Origin: Ferruginibacter sp.
GTDB lineage: Bacteria; Bacteroidota; Bacteroidia; Chitinophagales; Chitinophagaceae
DNA length: 64,000 bases
Reading direction: 5' to 3' (one strand)
Assembly: GCA_049840995.1 (NCBI GenBank)
Contig: JASGIP010000002.1
Part shown: positions 27,972 through 37,374 of the stretch, one piece after another
Layout of the letters: each line of letters opens with the position of its first letter
Numbering within the stretch: position 1 is the stretch's first letter
Made by a program: the position numbers and the translations under genes
Notes under the pieces: model-generated
What the model was told of the DNA's origin: nothing
What the model saw: the letters and a program-made list of their open reading frames with translations, nothing else
Databases searched by the model: none

Positions 27972-29582
27972 TTAAAAGAAGTGGTTTAATTCGTTGATGC
28001 TGTAGTTTTCGGGTAATATCTTTTCATTTACAAAAAGGGTGGGTGTGTACATTATAGAAGAGGCTTTGCACCATTTAGTCATGGCTTCTACTTTTGCGTC
28101 CTGCATTTTCAGTTCGCCGTTCATGGGATATTTTGCAGCGAATGAAGGATAATCTTTTTGTGGTGCCAGGTACCAATCATCCAGCGCCTGCTGTGTTTGC
28201 TGCGCATTTCCTTTGGCAGCAATTGCCAACAAATGTTTCACCACAATGGCTGCTTTATCCTGTTCATTATTAGCGGCGGTAAAAATGATCTTGATCTTTA
28301 CATCATCATTGCGATGCAATATTTCTTCCAGTGCCGGGTGGGCTTTTGCACATGGACCGCAGTAGGGGTTGCATACTTTAATGATGGTTTGCGTAGCAGC
28401 TGGATTGCCGAGTGTTATACCAATATCCTGGTAGCCGGGTGCCGCAGTTTCTTCCTGGTTCAGCAGGCCCTGGAATACACTGGGATTATAGAAAAGTCGC
28501 TTATAAGCGGATTGATAATCTGCCCGTGCTTTTAGCCGAAGCCATACGGGTTTAATAATATACCATGCGGTAATGGGTACAAGGGTGGCTGTAAGCATGT
28601 TAACAGCGATCGCTCCTGAAATTGGTGGCAATGCCGGGTGTTGCCAAAAGTTAACCATACTCCAGGTTAGCTCCAGTAACAGTATCGCCTGTACGCTGAG
28701 GCATAAAGTACACCATTGTTTTACGATCTTCCATTGGTAATAAAGACTGAAGGGGATATAAGTTGCCGCAACGCAATTGGCAACCGCCAGCCAGGATATT
28801 TTTGCTGCATAGGAAATACCTGGCAACAGCAAAAACAATGTAGACCCCATAAAATAAAAAAAGCCCAGTTCGCCCCAACTGATGCCTGATATTTTTGCAG
28901 CCTTGCTATTTAACACCGCATCACAATTGGTGCGTGTGCCGCCTGTACAGACGCTTTTTACAAACTGGTTGCTTTTGTCGATATCGTATACCAGCAGCAA
29001 AGCAGTTACAGCAATACCTGAAAGTTTTAGCAACAAAATAGCTGTTGCCGAAAATGCAGCAGCACCTGTTGAAAATAAAAAACTGCCGATGAGTAAACCA
29101 ACAATTAAAATGGCGCTCAGTACCAGTCTTGTTTTTGCTGCGCTTGCTTTTTTCTCGTCCATTAAATGCTTTTCATAATCCGGTTCACCGCTTTTATCAG
29201 ACCGCTCTGCAACAAACACGATCTTTTCCCATTTCTCTATGAATTTTTCACGGTTCATAGTACGGGATCTGTTGGTACTGGATATATAACTGATCTGCCC
29301 TGCACTAATGCCTGTTACCAATACAAAATCCTTTTCATCGTCTTCCAGTTTCATGTAGGCCACAAAGGGTGTTTCCATTTCATCCAGTCTTGTCGGGTCT
29401 ATGCGGAAAGACTGGTTGGGAATATTTAATTTATCAAATACATCATTCAGGCTGTAAAGCGTTGGATAGTAAGGATTTTCTTCGATGCGCTTTTGCAATG
29501 TTTTTTTTGTGACGGGTATGGACAGGTGTTGTACATATTGGTAGGCAGTCTGTGATAACCTGCTCGAAATTGGCTGAAGCAT
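27972..29582 (-). CDS. C39-like domain / VKOR / thioredoxin(DsbA)-like fusion membrane protein
   Basis: N-terminal C39-like fold lacking the QxxxxDCG Cys; VKOR loop C212-x7-C220, SWGELG, and WCTLC (C291/C294); Trx CGPC (C408/C411) and YTPT cis-Pro loop. Confidence 0.88.
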   Translation of the reverse strand: MLQPISSRLSQTAYQYVQHLSIPVTKKTLQKRIEENPYYPTLYSLNDVFDKLNIPNQSFRIDPTRLDEMETPFVAYMKLEDDEKDFVLVTGISAGQISYISSTNRSRTMNREKFIEKWEKIVFVAERSDKSGEPDYEKHLMDEKKASAAKTRLVLSAILIVGLLIGSFLFSTGAAAFSATAILLLKLSGIAVTALLLVYDIDKSNQFVKSVCTGGTRTNCDAVLNSKAAKISGISWGELGFFYFMGSTLFLLLPGISYAAKISWLAVANCVAATYIPFSLYYQWKIVKQWCTLCLSVQAILLLELTWSMVNFWQHPALPPISGAIAVNMLTATLVPITAWYIIKPVWLRLKARADYQSAYKRLFYNPSVFQGLLNQEETAAPGYQDIGITLGNPAATQTIIKVCNPYCGPCAKAHPALEEILHRNDDVKIKIIFTAANNEQDKAAIVVKHLLAIAAKGNAQQTQQALDDWYLAPQKDYPSFAAKYPMNGELKMQDAKVEAMTKWCKASSIMYTPTLFVNEKILPENYSINELNHFF

Positions 29583-29773
29583 ACAATTAATTTTTCGGTT
29601 GATAAGGAATGACTGTTGCAGTGCTAAAATAGATTTTTACAAAAGGCAGGTTGCGTGACAATGACCATTGCACTGCCTGTTTTTATCAACTGCATGGTTT
29701 TAACAATAATTGCAGGACTGGTTTTATAAATTTTGCCTGCTACATAGGGTAATATTATTTATATTGTGTTGGT

Positions 29774-31654
29774 ATGCGCTTTTTAAACCAAACTCTTATG
29801 AAGTGTTGCCTTTTTGTACTGTGTATATTAACCAGTTACATCAGCCAGGCACAGCCCGGCAGCCTGCAGGAACTTATTGCCAGGGCCAAAACAGAAAAAG
29901 ATACCACCCAGGTAAATACATTGATAGATATTGCTGCCACTTACAGCTACAATGGGGCGCATGACAGTTCGGATTATTATACCCAACAGATACTGGAAAA
30001 ATCCACACAGCTCAATTACCCAAAGGGTATTTGTATGGCCTATAATGCCTGGGCAACGAGTTATATGGTACAGGGCAACTACGATAAATCGCTGGCTGAA
30101 TATTTTAAAGCCCTTGACATTGCGGAAAAGAACGGGCTGGAACAGGCTGAGATCATTATGACGATGAATATTGCAACGGTATATACTTTCCAGGAAGAAT
30201 TCAATAATGCCATTCCTCTTTTGAAAAAAGTGTACAACTATGTTTTTAATAAAAAACACAATATCATGCGCTCTGCAGGTGTAGCCACCAATATTGGTGT
30301 TTGTTTTCAGCACCTGGGCCGGATGGATTCTGCAAGGGCTTATTTTGATCGTGGCCTTGAACTGGAAGCTGCAATTGATACTGCCGGCTTTACAGAAACC
30401 AAGTGGGCGGAGTACGAATTGCTGAAAGGAAGTTCTCTGCCTAAAACAGCAGATTTTTATGTTGGTATTGGTAATCCCCGAAAAGCACTGGACCTGATAC
30501 TTCCTTTTTGGAACGACATAAAAAAAGGCGATGATAAGGAGGGGCAGTTGTCTGTTTTAACAGTATTGGGTAAATCGTACCTGGCCATTGATAAATACGA
30601 CAGCGTGATCTATTACAGCAATATTGGCCTGGGGCTTAATATGGCTGAACAGATCCCAGAGTCGGTAAAGGATATTTATTTCAACATTGCTTCGGCGTAT
30701 AATAAGACCGGGCATTTTAAAGAAGCTTTTGAAAGCCAGCTGCGTTTTCAGCAACTGAATGATTCTATTTACAACAAAGAAAAGTTCAGGTCCATTAAGA
30801 ATATGCAGGTGAAGTATGAAACGGAGAAGAAAGAACAACAGATACTTTCATTGAATAAAGAAAAAAAAGACCAGTTTATCATTATAGGAATCTCGATCGC
30901 TGCTTTTTTAATTGCGCTGGTGCTTTTGCTTTTTGTACTCCGTTCTAAAAGGTTTCAGAAAGAATTATTCCGCAACGAAAAGCTGTTGCAGAATAATGAG
31001 CTGGAGCGAAAGATGACCGAGCTGGAACAAACCGCCCTGCGGGCGCAGATGAACCCGCATTTTATTTTTAACTGCCTCAATTCTGTGCAGCGTTTTGTTA
31101 TTAAAGGAGATATTGAAGGAGTGAATACTTACCTCGCCACTTTTGCAGGATTGATACGACAGACGCTGGAAAATTCCGGAAAGAAATGGATCGTGCTTAA
31201 AGATGAGATACAATACCTGCAATCTTATTTAGGAGTGGAGCAAATGCGTGGAAATACTATTTTTCAATACCAGGTTACTGTTGATCCGGCGCTGGATACC
31301 AGTATGGTACTGGTACCGGGCATGATCATTCAGCCCTTTGTGGAAAATGCTATTAATCATGGCATGTCCGGCAAAGCAGCAGGGGCGGGCAGGATCATCC
31401 TGGATTTTACAAAGACAGATAAACTTGTATGCAGTATCACTGATAATGGTAATGGTATTAAAAATTCCGGTGGTCTTGCAAATGCTGCACACCAATCGTT
31501 GGGCAATGATATTACCAAGAAAAGAATTGCAGCGTATAACGCTTTGGAGCAGGATGCTATTGAACTGGATATTACAGATCTTTCAGAAAAGGATGCTGCA
31601 ACTACCGGCACCATGGTCCGTATCAGTTTTCCGTTGAAAATAAATGAAGCATGA
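29774..31654 (+). CDS. TPR-containing LytS/YehU-type sensor histidine kinase
   Basis: Signal peptide, TPR repeats, one TM, ALRAQMNPHFIFNCLN, QPFVENAINHG, DNGNG. Confidence 0.92.
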   Translation: MRFLNQTLMKCCLFVLCILTSYISQAQPGSLQELIARAKTEKDTTQVNTLIDIAATYSYNGAHDSSDYYTQQILEKSTQLNYPKGICMAYNAWATSYMVQGNYDKSLAEYFKALDIAEKNGLEQAEIIMTMNIATVYTFQEEFNNAIPLLKKVYNYVFNKKHNIMRSAGVATNIGVCFQHLGRMDSARAYFDRGLELEAAIDTAGFTETKWAEYELLKGSSLPKTADFYVGIGNPRKALDLILPFWNDIKKGDDKEGQLSVLTVLGKSYLAIDKYDSVIYYSNIGLGLNMAEQIPESVKDIYFNIASAYNKTGHFKEAFESQLRFQQLNDSIYNKEKFRSIKNMQVKYETEKKEQQILSLNKEKKDQFIIIGISIAAFLIALVLLLFVLRSKRFQKELFRNEKLLQNNELERKMTELEQTALRAQMNPHFIFNCLNSVQRFVIKGDIEGVNTYLATFAGLIRQTLENSGKKWIVLKDEIQYLQSYLGVEQMRGNTIFQYQVTVDPALDTSMVLVPGMIIQPFVENAINHGMSGKAAGAGRIILDFTKTDKLVCSITDNGNGIKNSGGLANAAHQSLGNDITKKRIAAYNALEQDAIELDITDLSEKDAATTGTMVRISFPLKINEA

Positions 31655-32406
31655 AAATTACCGCACTAATAATTGATGATGATGCCGACAGCAGGATGAT
31701 ACTGCGTGCCTTTATGGAGCAATACTGTCCGCAGGTAGCTATTGCCGCTGAAGCTGCATCGGTGGCTGAAGGATTTGAAAAGATCACGGAACTGCAACCC
31801 GACCTGCTGTTGCTGGATATTGAGATGAAGGACGGTACGGGTTTTGACCTGCTTCGTATGATGCCGCAGAAAAAATTTGAAGTGATCTTTATTACGGCTT
31901 ATGATACTTATGCAGTGGAAGCTTTTAAATATACCGCTATCGGCTACCTGCTGAAACCTGTACTGGTTGCAGACCTGGTAACTGCTGTGCAGGCTGCTTT
32001 GGAAAGGATCAGGAAAAATATTTTTGAATCGCAATGGATGGCGCTTTCGCATAACCTGGAGAGTAAGGAAAGGTATGACCGCAAGCTTGCTATTGCAACT
32101 TCGGCAGGATATGTGTTTGTGAATGTAAAGGAGATATCGTGGTGCGAATCGCAGGCCAACTATACGGCATTTCATTTTTTATCCAGCAAAAAGATCGTTT
32201 CGTCGCGTAACCTGGGTTTTTATGAAGAGTTGTTACCGGTTGAAAAATTTTGCCGTATTCATCACTCCAGCCTGGTGAATGTTGATTATATCGAAAAATT
32301 TAACCGGCGTACCAATGGTGGCTCGGTGATCATGATGGATGGTACTGAGCTGGATGTTTCTCAACGGAGGAAGGAAGAGTTTTTGCAGTATTTTTTGTCG
32401 AGATAG
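31651..32406 (+). CDS. LytTR family response regulator
   Basis: Receiver (IIDDD, LLLLDIEM, KP) plus LytTR RIHHSSLVN and VSQRRK; 4-nt overlap with the kinase. Confidence 0.93.
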   Translation: MKITALIIDDDADSRMILRAFMEQYCPQVAIAAEAASVAEGFEKITELQPDLLLLDIEMKDGTGFDLLRMMPQKKFEVIFITAYDTYAVEAFKYTAIGYLLKPVLVADLVTAVQAALERIRKNIFESQWMALSHNLESKERYDRKLAIATSAGYVFVNVKEISWCESQANYTAFHFLSSKKIVSSRNLGFYEELLPVEKFCRIHHSSLVNVDYIEKFNRRTNGGSVIMMDGTELDVSQRRKEEFLQYFLSR

Positions 32407-32431
32407 TTTTAGGATGGCGGCGAAAGGAGCG

Positions 32432-32866
32432 TTATTTAATTTTTTTTATTGTTTCGTCCAGGTAGCTTGAGACATAGGCGTTTCTTAATTTGCAAGAACG
32501 GGAATAGTTATCTGTAACTTTCACCTCCCAGGTTGAATCGATATTCATTTTCTGAAAATCTTCTTTCACCTGCAACAGATATGGAAGGTATTCTTTCCTG
32601 TTAAATTCATTGATATACCTGATAGCAGATTCTTTGGTCAGCAGATCGTTGTTAGCCGCGTTTAAAAATGTTTTTACCAGTTGATCACTTTCTTTAATTC
32701 CCTTTACTTTTTTTACAAATAAAAGGTTGTCGTAAGAGTCATCCTTGTCTCCCTCAAATACATAAGTGTAACTTCCTTTAAAATACAAGTCTATATATTG
32801 CCCAAAGACAAAGTAGCCGATAATCAGCAGGATGAAACATACGATGCCGCCTTTCAAATATTTCAT
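32432..32866 (-). CDS. Hypothetical protein with N-terminal membrane anchor
   Basis: 144-aa ORF, hydrophobic N-terminus, AT-rich; no family recognised. Confidence 0.55.
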   Translation of the reverse strand: MKYLKGGIVCFILLIIGYFVFGQYIDLYFKGSYTYVFEGDKDDSYDNLLFVKKVKGIKESDQLVKTFLNAANNDLLTKESAIRYINEFNRKEYLPYLLQVKEDFQKMNIDSTWEVKVTDNYSRSCKLRNAYVSSYLDETIKKIK

Positions 32867-32970
32867 AGTTTTATTTATAGCGTGTTTTTAGGGAAATGCT
32901 ATGTAAATTTATCCTATTTTTCTTTCCTTAACGGCTTCGATACAGGTATGAGGCTTTATAAAATCTTTCA

Positions 32971-33426
32971 ATGACCACTTTTACAATTATAAAAAAAGGA
33001 AACAGGTACGATATTGTTAAAGATGGCGTGCAAATTGTTTACGGCATCAGGACAGGTGGCTTTTCTACTGAAAAGATCAGTTTTTATTTTATGGATGCTA
33101 CTGAAGCCGGTACTTATTTTGAAAAGCGGCGATTTATTTTAAAAAGATCGCTTTATCTAATGCTGCCTGGTAGCGCCGAAAGGGTGGAGATCAGCAGTAA
33201 ATTTGCTGCTTTCTTCTTTACCTATAATGACCGGCTTTATGAGTTGCGGTACGGATTTTTCAGTTTCAAAGGATTTTTTATCAACGATGAGAAAGTCGGT
33301 ACTTTAGAGACCCTTAAATCAGGTGTGGCACGATACAGCAAGCAAATCAACTTCGACATTGATTCAGAAGACCTGCTTTTTTTGATCTATTGCTATATAG
33401 GGGAGCATGAGTTTGGTGTGAATTGA
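32971..33426 (+). CDS. Hypothetical protein
   Basis: 151-aa ORF filling the gap between repeats; beta-rich; no family recognised. Confidence 0.5.
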   Translation: MTTFTIIKKGNRYDIVKDGVQIVYGIRTGGFSTEKISFYFMDATEAGTYFEKRRFILKRSLYLMLPGSAERVEISSKFAAFFFTYNDRLYELRYGFFSFKGFFINDEKVGTLETLKSGVARYSKQINFDIDSEDLLFLIYCYIGEHEFGVN

Positions 33427-33458
33427 TATTTTGGCTTAGCGAAAGTGCAAGGGGGGCA

Positions 33459-33646
33459 TACACCGTTTGCCATACTTCGACAAAGCTCAGTACCAAGACG
33501 GCGGCGAAGGGTTTAAGTCACCTGCGGTGCCTTATGTTAGAACGCGGATCTTTATGATGGTGATGATCTGTTATGATCTATCTGTGTAGATCTTATTGAT
33601 CTGTGTTCCGTTTTGTATCGCCGAAGGCGAAAGCTAAGACGGCGGC
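33459..33646 (+). repeat. Composite R2 long + R1 + R2 half
   Basis: R2 long 33459-33508; R1 from about 33517 with CACC-TGC-GGTG and TCGCC-GAA-GGCGA hairpins; AAGACGGCGGC tail. Confidence 0.85.
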
Positions 33647-33652
33647 CGGTTT

Positions 33653-34099
33653 TTAAAAACCATCTTTCACCAGTTCCCAGAATTCATCCAGCGCCATGAT
33701 ACGGGGTTTAAGAAAACTGATGATGCCCGGCCAGTCTGATTGGTTGAAGATATTTACCTGCTGCAGTTGCTGCGATATACTGCTAATGGTTTGATGACCG
33801 GTTACTGCCGCTTCATCCCACTGCCAGCTAAAGCCGGTGGTATTTTCCAACAATGTTTTGAGCGACAAGAACTGTGTATAATAATGCGCTCTTTCCTCTG
33901 GGTTGGCATGTGTTATTTCAATGGCAACAATTGCTTTTGTGTTATCGGCATCCATCCTGAACCGGATATTTTTGATGCCTGTTTTATAATTGATCCAGTT
34001 AACCGGCAATCCAGATGTACCGGGTACGGGTTTCATATATTGCCCGAAGCTGGTCCAGAATTGGGTTTTTAATTTTGATGCCTGTTCTTTGGAGTACAT
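33653..34099 (-). CDS. DUF4268 family protein
   Basis: MYSKEQA...FWTSFG, WINYKTGIK, FLKPRIMALDEFW pattern. Confidence 0.8.
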   Translation of the reverse strand: MYSKEQASKLKTQFWTSFGQYMKPVPGTSGLPVNWINYKTGIKNIRFRMDADNTKAIVAIEITHANPEERAHYYTQFLSLKTLLENTTGFSWQWDEAAVTGHQTISSISQQLQQVNIFNQSDWPGIISFLKPRIMALDEFWELVKDGF

Positions 34100-34121
34100 G
34101 GGTGTAAGATAGGGAAATCGG

Positions 34122-34268
34122 GTTAAGTCACCTGCGGTGCCTTGTATTGGAACGCGGATTTTTATGATGGTGATGATGTGTTATGATCTATCGGTGTACA
34201 GCATAATGATCTTATTGATCTGTGTTCCGTTTTTTATCGCCGAAGGCGAAAAGCCAAGACGGCGGCGA
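34122..34268 (+). repeat. Composite R1 + R2 half
   Basis: Near-identical to about 33513-33646. Confidence 0.85.
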
Positions 34269-34289
34269 AGGGCGAGTGCCTTTATCAGT

Positions 34290-34784
34290 TTAAGGTGTTC
34301 GATTATACTTAGGGCTATACGTATTTATTATCAATGTCGTTGGTCTGGCAAGTGGTCCGTAAAGTTGTTGTGCAGCGTGAAATTCCATCGTGTCTACATA
34401 GCTTAAGCTGTTGGATGGAAGCGTTCGTAACTCCTTTTGTGCACCTGGTTGGCACAAAATGCCGTCTACAACAATTAAAATATTTGCACCGTTGTCTACT
34501 GAATGGAGAAAGTGCTTCAGCAATGCGTACCTTTCTTTTTGTAACGTTGTTTCTACTTTCTTTGTTTTAACAACAATAACAGTGGTGTCTTTGCCGCTAT
34601 AATAAAATTGGGGTGCTTTTCCGGGAAGATACTTGTTGTATGAAAATATTTCAGACGAGTCCAGTTTTTCTAATTGCTCTTTCGGCTGTCGTATATCATC
34701 TATAAAAATTGCTTCACGCCGATCATGCCTCGAACAAGAAGCGAGCAATAAAAAAAGAAGATTGATAAGAATAAGCTGTCTCAT
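34290..34784 (-). CDS. Hypothetical lipoprotein (cassette-array gene)
   Basis: MRQLILINLLFLLLASC lipobox if started at 34784 (the track's 34826 start overlaps the upstream gene). Confidence 0.6.
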   Translation of the reverse strand: MRQLILINLLFLLLASCSRHDRREAIFIDDIRQPKEQLEKLDSSEIFSYNKYLPGKAPQFYYSGKDTTVIVVKTKKVETTLQKERYALLKHFLHSVDNGANILIVVDGILCQPGAQKELRTLPSNSLSYVDTMEFHAAQQLYGPLARPTTLIINTYSPKYNRTP

Positions 34785-34808
34785 TGGCGATACTAATGTT
34801 GTAAGAAG
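34783..34808 (-). other. Truncated attC-like half site
   Basis: ATTGGCGATACTAATGTTGTAAG, near-identical to 35366-35388. Confidence 0.6.
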
Positions 34809-34810
34809 GT

Positions 34811-35284
34811 TCAAACGCCGAACCATTTTTTTCTTTTATAGATTAACCCTTTCCTTTTTTTGTCATACACAAAGTAAATTGTCAAACCGCCTTCATTACC
34901 CATACTAATATTGTTGTTCTCGTATGTTGCAGAAAATGGGATTACTCCGCAAGAAAATTCCCCTTTCCTGAAGTCGAAAGGGGTAATGCCGACGATAATT
35001 GTGCTGCCATTATTTTCATTGATCGCTCTTATATATTGACTGTCTGTTTCCAAATATCTTATGTCAAAGCTAAGGATCTTTTTCGGCCAACTGTCGCCAA
35101 TAAAGTGGTCATCTCTAACATAAACGACTTTAGACTTAGTAGAATCCAAAGATTTGCAATATTCTTTTAAGGAAAACAAATAAACGTTATTAAGATTATT
35201 TAAACCGTCGGTATCTAAAACTGTCTGTCCAATAGAGACATTTAAATTAAATGCTAAAAAAAGTAAGAAGAATGTGATTTTCAT
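34811..35284 (-). CDS. Exported hypothetical protein (cassette-array gene)
   Basis: Signal peptide; AT-rich; framed by GTTGTAAG (34798) and GCTTACA (35315). Confidence 0.6.
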   Translation of the reverse strand: MKITFFLLFLAFNLNVSIGQTVLDTDGLNNLNNVYLFSLKEYCKSLDSTKSKVVYVRDDHFIGDSWPKKILSFDIRYLETDSQYIRAINENNGSTIIVGITPFDFRKGEFSCGVIPFSATYENNNISMGNEGGLTIYFVYDKKRKGLIYKRKKWFGV

Positions 35285-35312
35285 TTTTAAATGATATGGT
35301 GTTGATTAAAAC

Positions 35313-35391
35313 TTGCTTACAGTAGGCATTGCCGCAGCAGATTGCTTCAATGTCTTGCCCCTCTTATTGGCAATACCAATGTTGTAAGCAA
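35313..35391 (-). other. attC-like recombination site (most complete copy)
   Basis: TTGCTTACA(35313-21)/TGTAAGCAA(35383-91) outer arms and GGCATTGCC/GGCAATACC inner arms. Confidence 0.65.
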
Positions 35392-35392
35392 T

Positions 35393-36025
35393 TTATCTGA
35401 TCACGGTTCCTTTATTTACTTTGCTGATGTTTATAATATTTCCTGTAGTAGCGTTTATTTCAATGACTTCAAAGTCTCCCATGTCTTTGCCGGTAGCATT
35501 TAAAACAACGGTCAAGGTATGCGAAGCTGTATAAATATACTGTTTTGATTTTTCGTCATAAGAAAGGATTGGAATAGATACCTTGTAACTGTTAGGCTTA
35601 CTATTTGATTGTACGATCGCCGAAGCTGAGTCAACAGAAATAAATTCGGAAGGCTTGTTTTCAACGATGAATTTTGGAATGAATTCAAAATTTAAACTGT
35701 CAATTAATTGGAAGTCTTTATCAACTATTAACCAAAGCCCCCCTCTGACCCCTTCTATTTTGGGATAATCAAAATGATACAAAAAGTTCAATGTCACGAA
35801 CGACTTTGGAAGTCGTTTTTTTTGTAAAAATCTCCACGTCCGTTGTTTTCCTTTCCTGCCTGCATAACTGTAATAAGAACCTCCGGAAACACTAAAATAT
35901 TGAAATAATCTGTCCCCAATTTGCGATCTTAAAATGCTGTCTGCAATCACGACTGCTTTCTTTGTCCTTTGAGCATAAGTAGTAAAGCAAAATAATAAGA
36001 GGCCAGGTAAAATAAATTTTCTCAT
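35393..36025 (-). CDS. Exported hypothetical protein (cassette-array gene)
   Basis: MRKFILPGLLLFCFTTYA signal peptide at 36025; C-terminal IEINATTGNII PepSY-like motif. Confidence 0.55.
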   Translation of the reverse strand: MRKFILPGLLLFCFTTYAQRTKKAVVIADSILRSQIGDRLFQYFSVSGGSYYSYAGRKGKQRTWRFLQKKRLPKSFVTLNFLYHFDYPKIEGVRGGLWLIVDKDFQLIDSLNFEFIPKFIVENKPSEFISVDSASAIVQSNSKPNSYKVSIPILSYDEKSKQYIYTASHTLTVVLNATGKDMGDFEVIEINATTGNIINISKVNKGTVIR

Positions 36026-36094
36026 AATGTTCAAATGATGCAATTACTGGAGGATTTACACAAATTGCGAATGCAATGCCAGGCACAGTTATTT

Positions 36095-36550
36095 TTACCA
36101 ACCGGGACCAAGTTTTTCTATTGGTTCGGGTTCAATTACTCTCATATCATTTAGCAACATTGGGTCTTCGCCTTTCTTGATCCTTTTATGCATGTCCAAT
36201 AAAGTTGTCAACAGTAATTCAATCCCTTCTTTTTTATTGTCATCCTCGATCCTTAGTTTGGTCAAAGCATGTTGTGCCGCTTGCCAGAAGTAGGCACGAT
36301 TATCAGGAGAAAAAGACCTTAGGTCAAAGTTGAACATTATGTTTTCCTCTTTTCTAATAAACCCACCATACCCATTGTACTCATCTCCGATTTCTTCACG
36401 ATAAACAAATCTCTCCAGGTATTCATAGAAAGTTTGCGCTCCGTTAATTTCTTTTAGTTCGTTTGTGATTAGTTCTAACATATATGCCATGCCTGCCCAT
36501 CGTCTTGCAAAGCCTCTGCCGTCTTCAAGTGTCCAAAATGCTGATGCCAT
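36095..36550 (-). CDS. Cytoplasmic hypothetical protein (cassette-array gene)
   Basis: 151-aa ORF, no signal peptide, framed by degenerate cores GCCAGGCAC (36078) and GAGCCTAAA (36563). Confidence 0.6.
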   Translation of the reverse strand: MASAFWTLEDGRGFARRWAGMAYMLELITNELKEINGAQTFYEYLERFVYREEIGDEYNGYGGFIRKEENIMFNFDLRSFSPDNRAYFWQAAQHALTKLRIEDDNKKEGIELLLTTLLDMHKRIKKGEDPMLLNDMRVIEPEPIEKLGPGW

Positions 36551-36562
36551 TATCTTATAATT

Positions 36563-36834
36563 GAGCCTAAAGTTGAGGACCCGCTGCTGTGCTGGTATTT
36601 TATAACGTCCAGCCCGGAACCACTACCTGCTTTTTTATAAAGTTAAATATTAACAACGAAAGTGGGGTTTTAAGGTTAAGTATATGAAGATGGCGGAGGA
36701 GAAATTGGCCGCATTACTTTTGATCTGGTAAAGTTTTAATGATGGTGGCATTCGCCGTTTGTCGAAGCCAAGACGGCGGCAAAAAGACCAGACGGCGGCG
36801 AATTCTCACTGAGGCAAAATCCCATGTTATGTGC
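36563..36834 (-). other. Long degenerate attC-like spacer interrupted by R2 repeats
   Basis: GAGCCTAAA at 36563, GCCCGGAACCACT internal motif, R2 at 36752-36802, intact GTTATGTGC at 36826. Confidence 0.5.
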
Positions 36835-37351
36835 CGGCAGTCGAATTGTTTTTTGAATAGTAGGCCGGTTTAAGTAATTCTATGATTTGGATATTTCTTA
36901 AACGATTTTCCTTGTCAGAATAAAATTTTGAGTCTTTATTTACTTTGAGCCATGCAGACTTAAACGATGATAAAAATTTTTCCCGATCTTGCTTGGCCAC
37001 AAAGAAATAAACAGTGTCCACTTTAAATAAATAAAAAATAGATTTCTTTTTCCTGCAATTAATAAGCGTAATATAATTTTTATTGTTATACCATTTTCCG
37101 CTATCAAAAAAACTACTGCCAAAGCAACCAGAGTGATATCTTCTAAATTTCATATTTGAGTCGAAGTAATAACTACCACTTAAAACATCTGCAAATACAA
37201 ACGAAAATTTTCCAATTGCATCTCGGGATAAAATTGAATCGCAAAACCTTGGCTGACTTAAAGATGAGTTAAAGGTGTCTTTTAAAGGATTAATTTGACA
37301 TTTGGCCAAAAAGGAAAGAAGAATGAATAATATGGTAGGTACACTTTTCAT
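36827..37351 (-). CDS. Exported hypothetical protein (cassette-array gene)
   Basis: MKSVPTILFILLSFLAKC start at 37351; the stop codon TAA lies inside the GCACATAAC core. Confidence 0.6.
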   Translation of the reverse strand: MKSVPTILFILLSFLAKCQINPLKDTFNSSLSQPRFCDSILSRDAIGKFSFVFADVLSGSYYFDSNMKFRRYHSGCFGSSFFDSGKWYNNKNYITLINCRKKKSIFYLFKVDTVYFFVAKQDREKFLSSFKSAWLKVNKDSKFYSDKENRLRNIQIIELLKPAYYSKNNSTAGT

Positions 37352-37374
37352 CTTAGAAAATGTTTCGAACGCTG

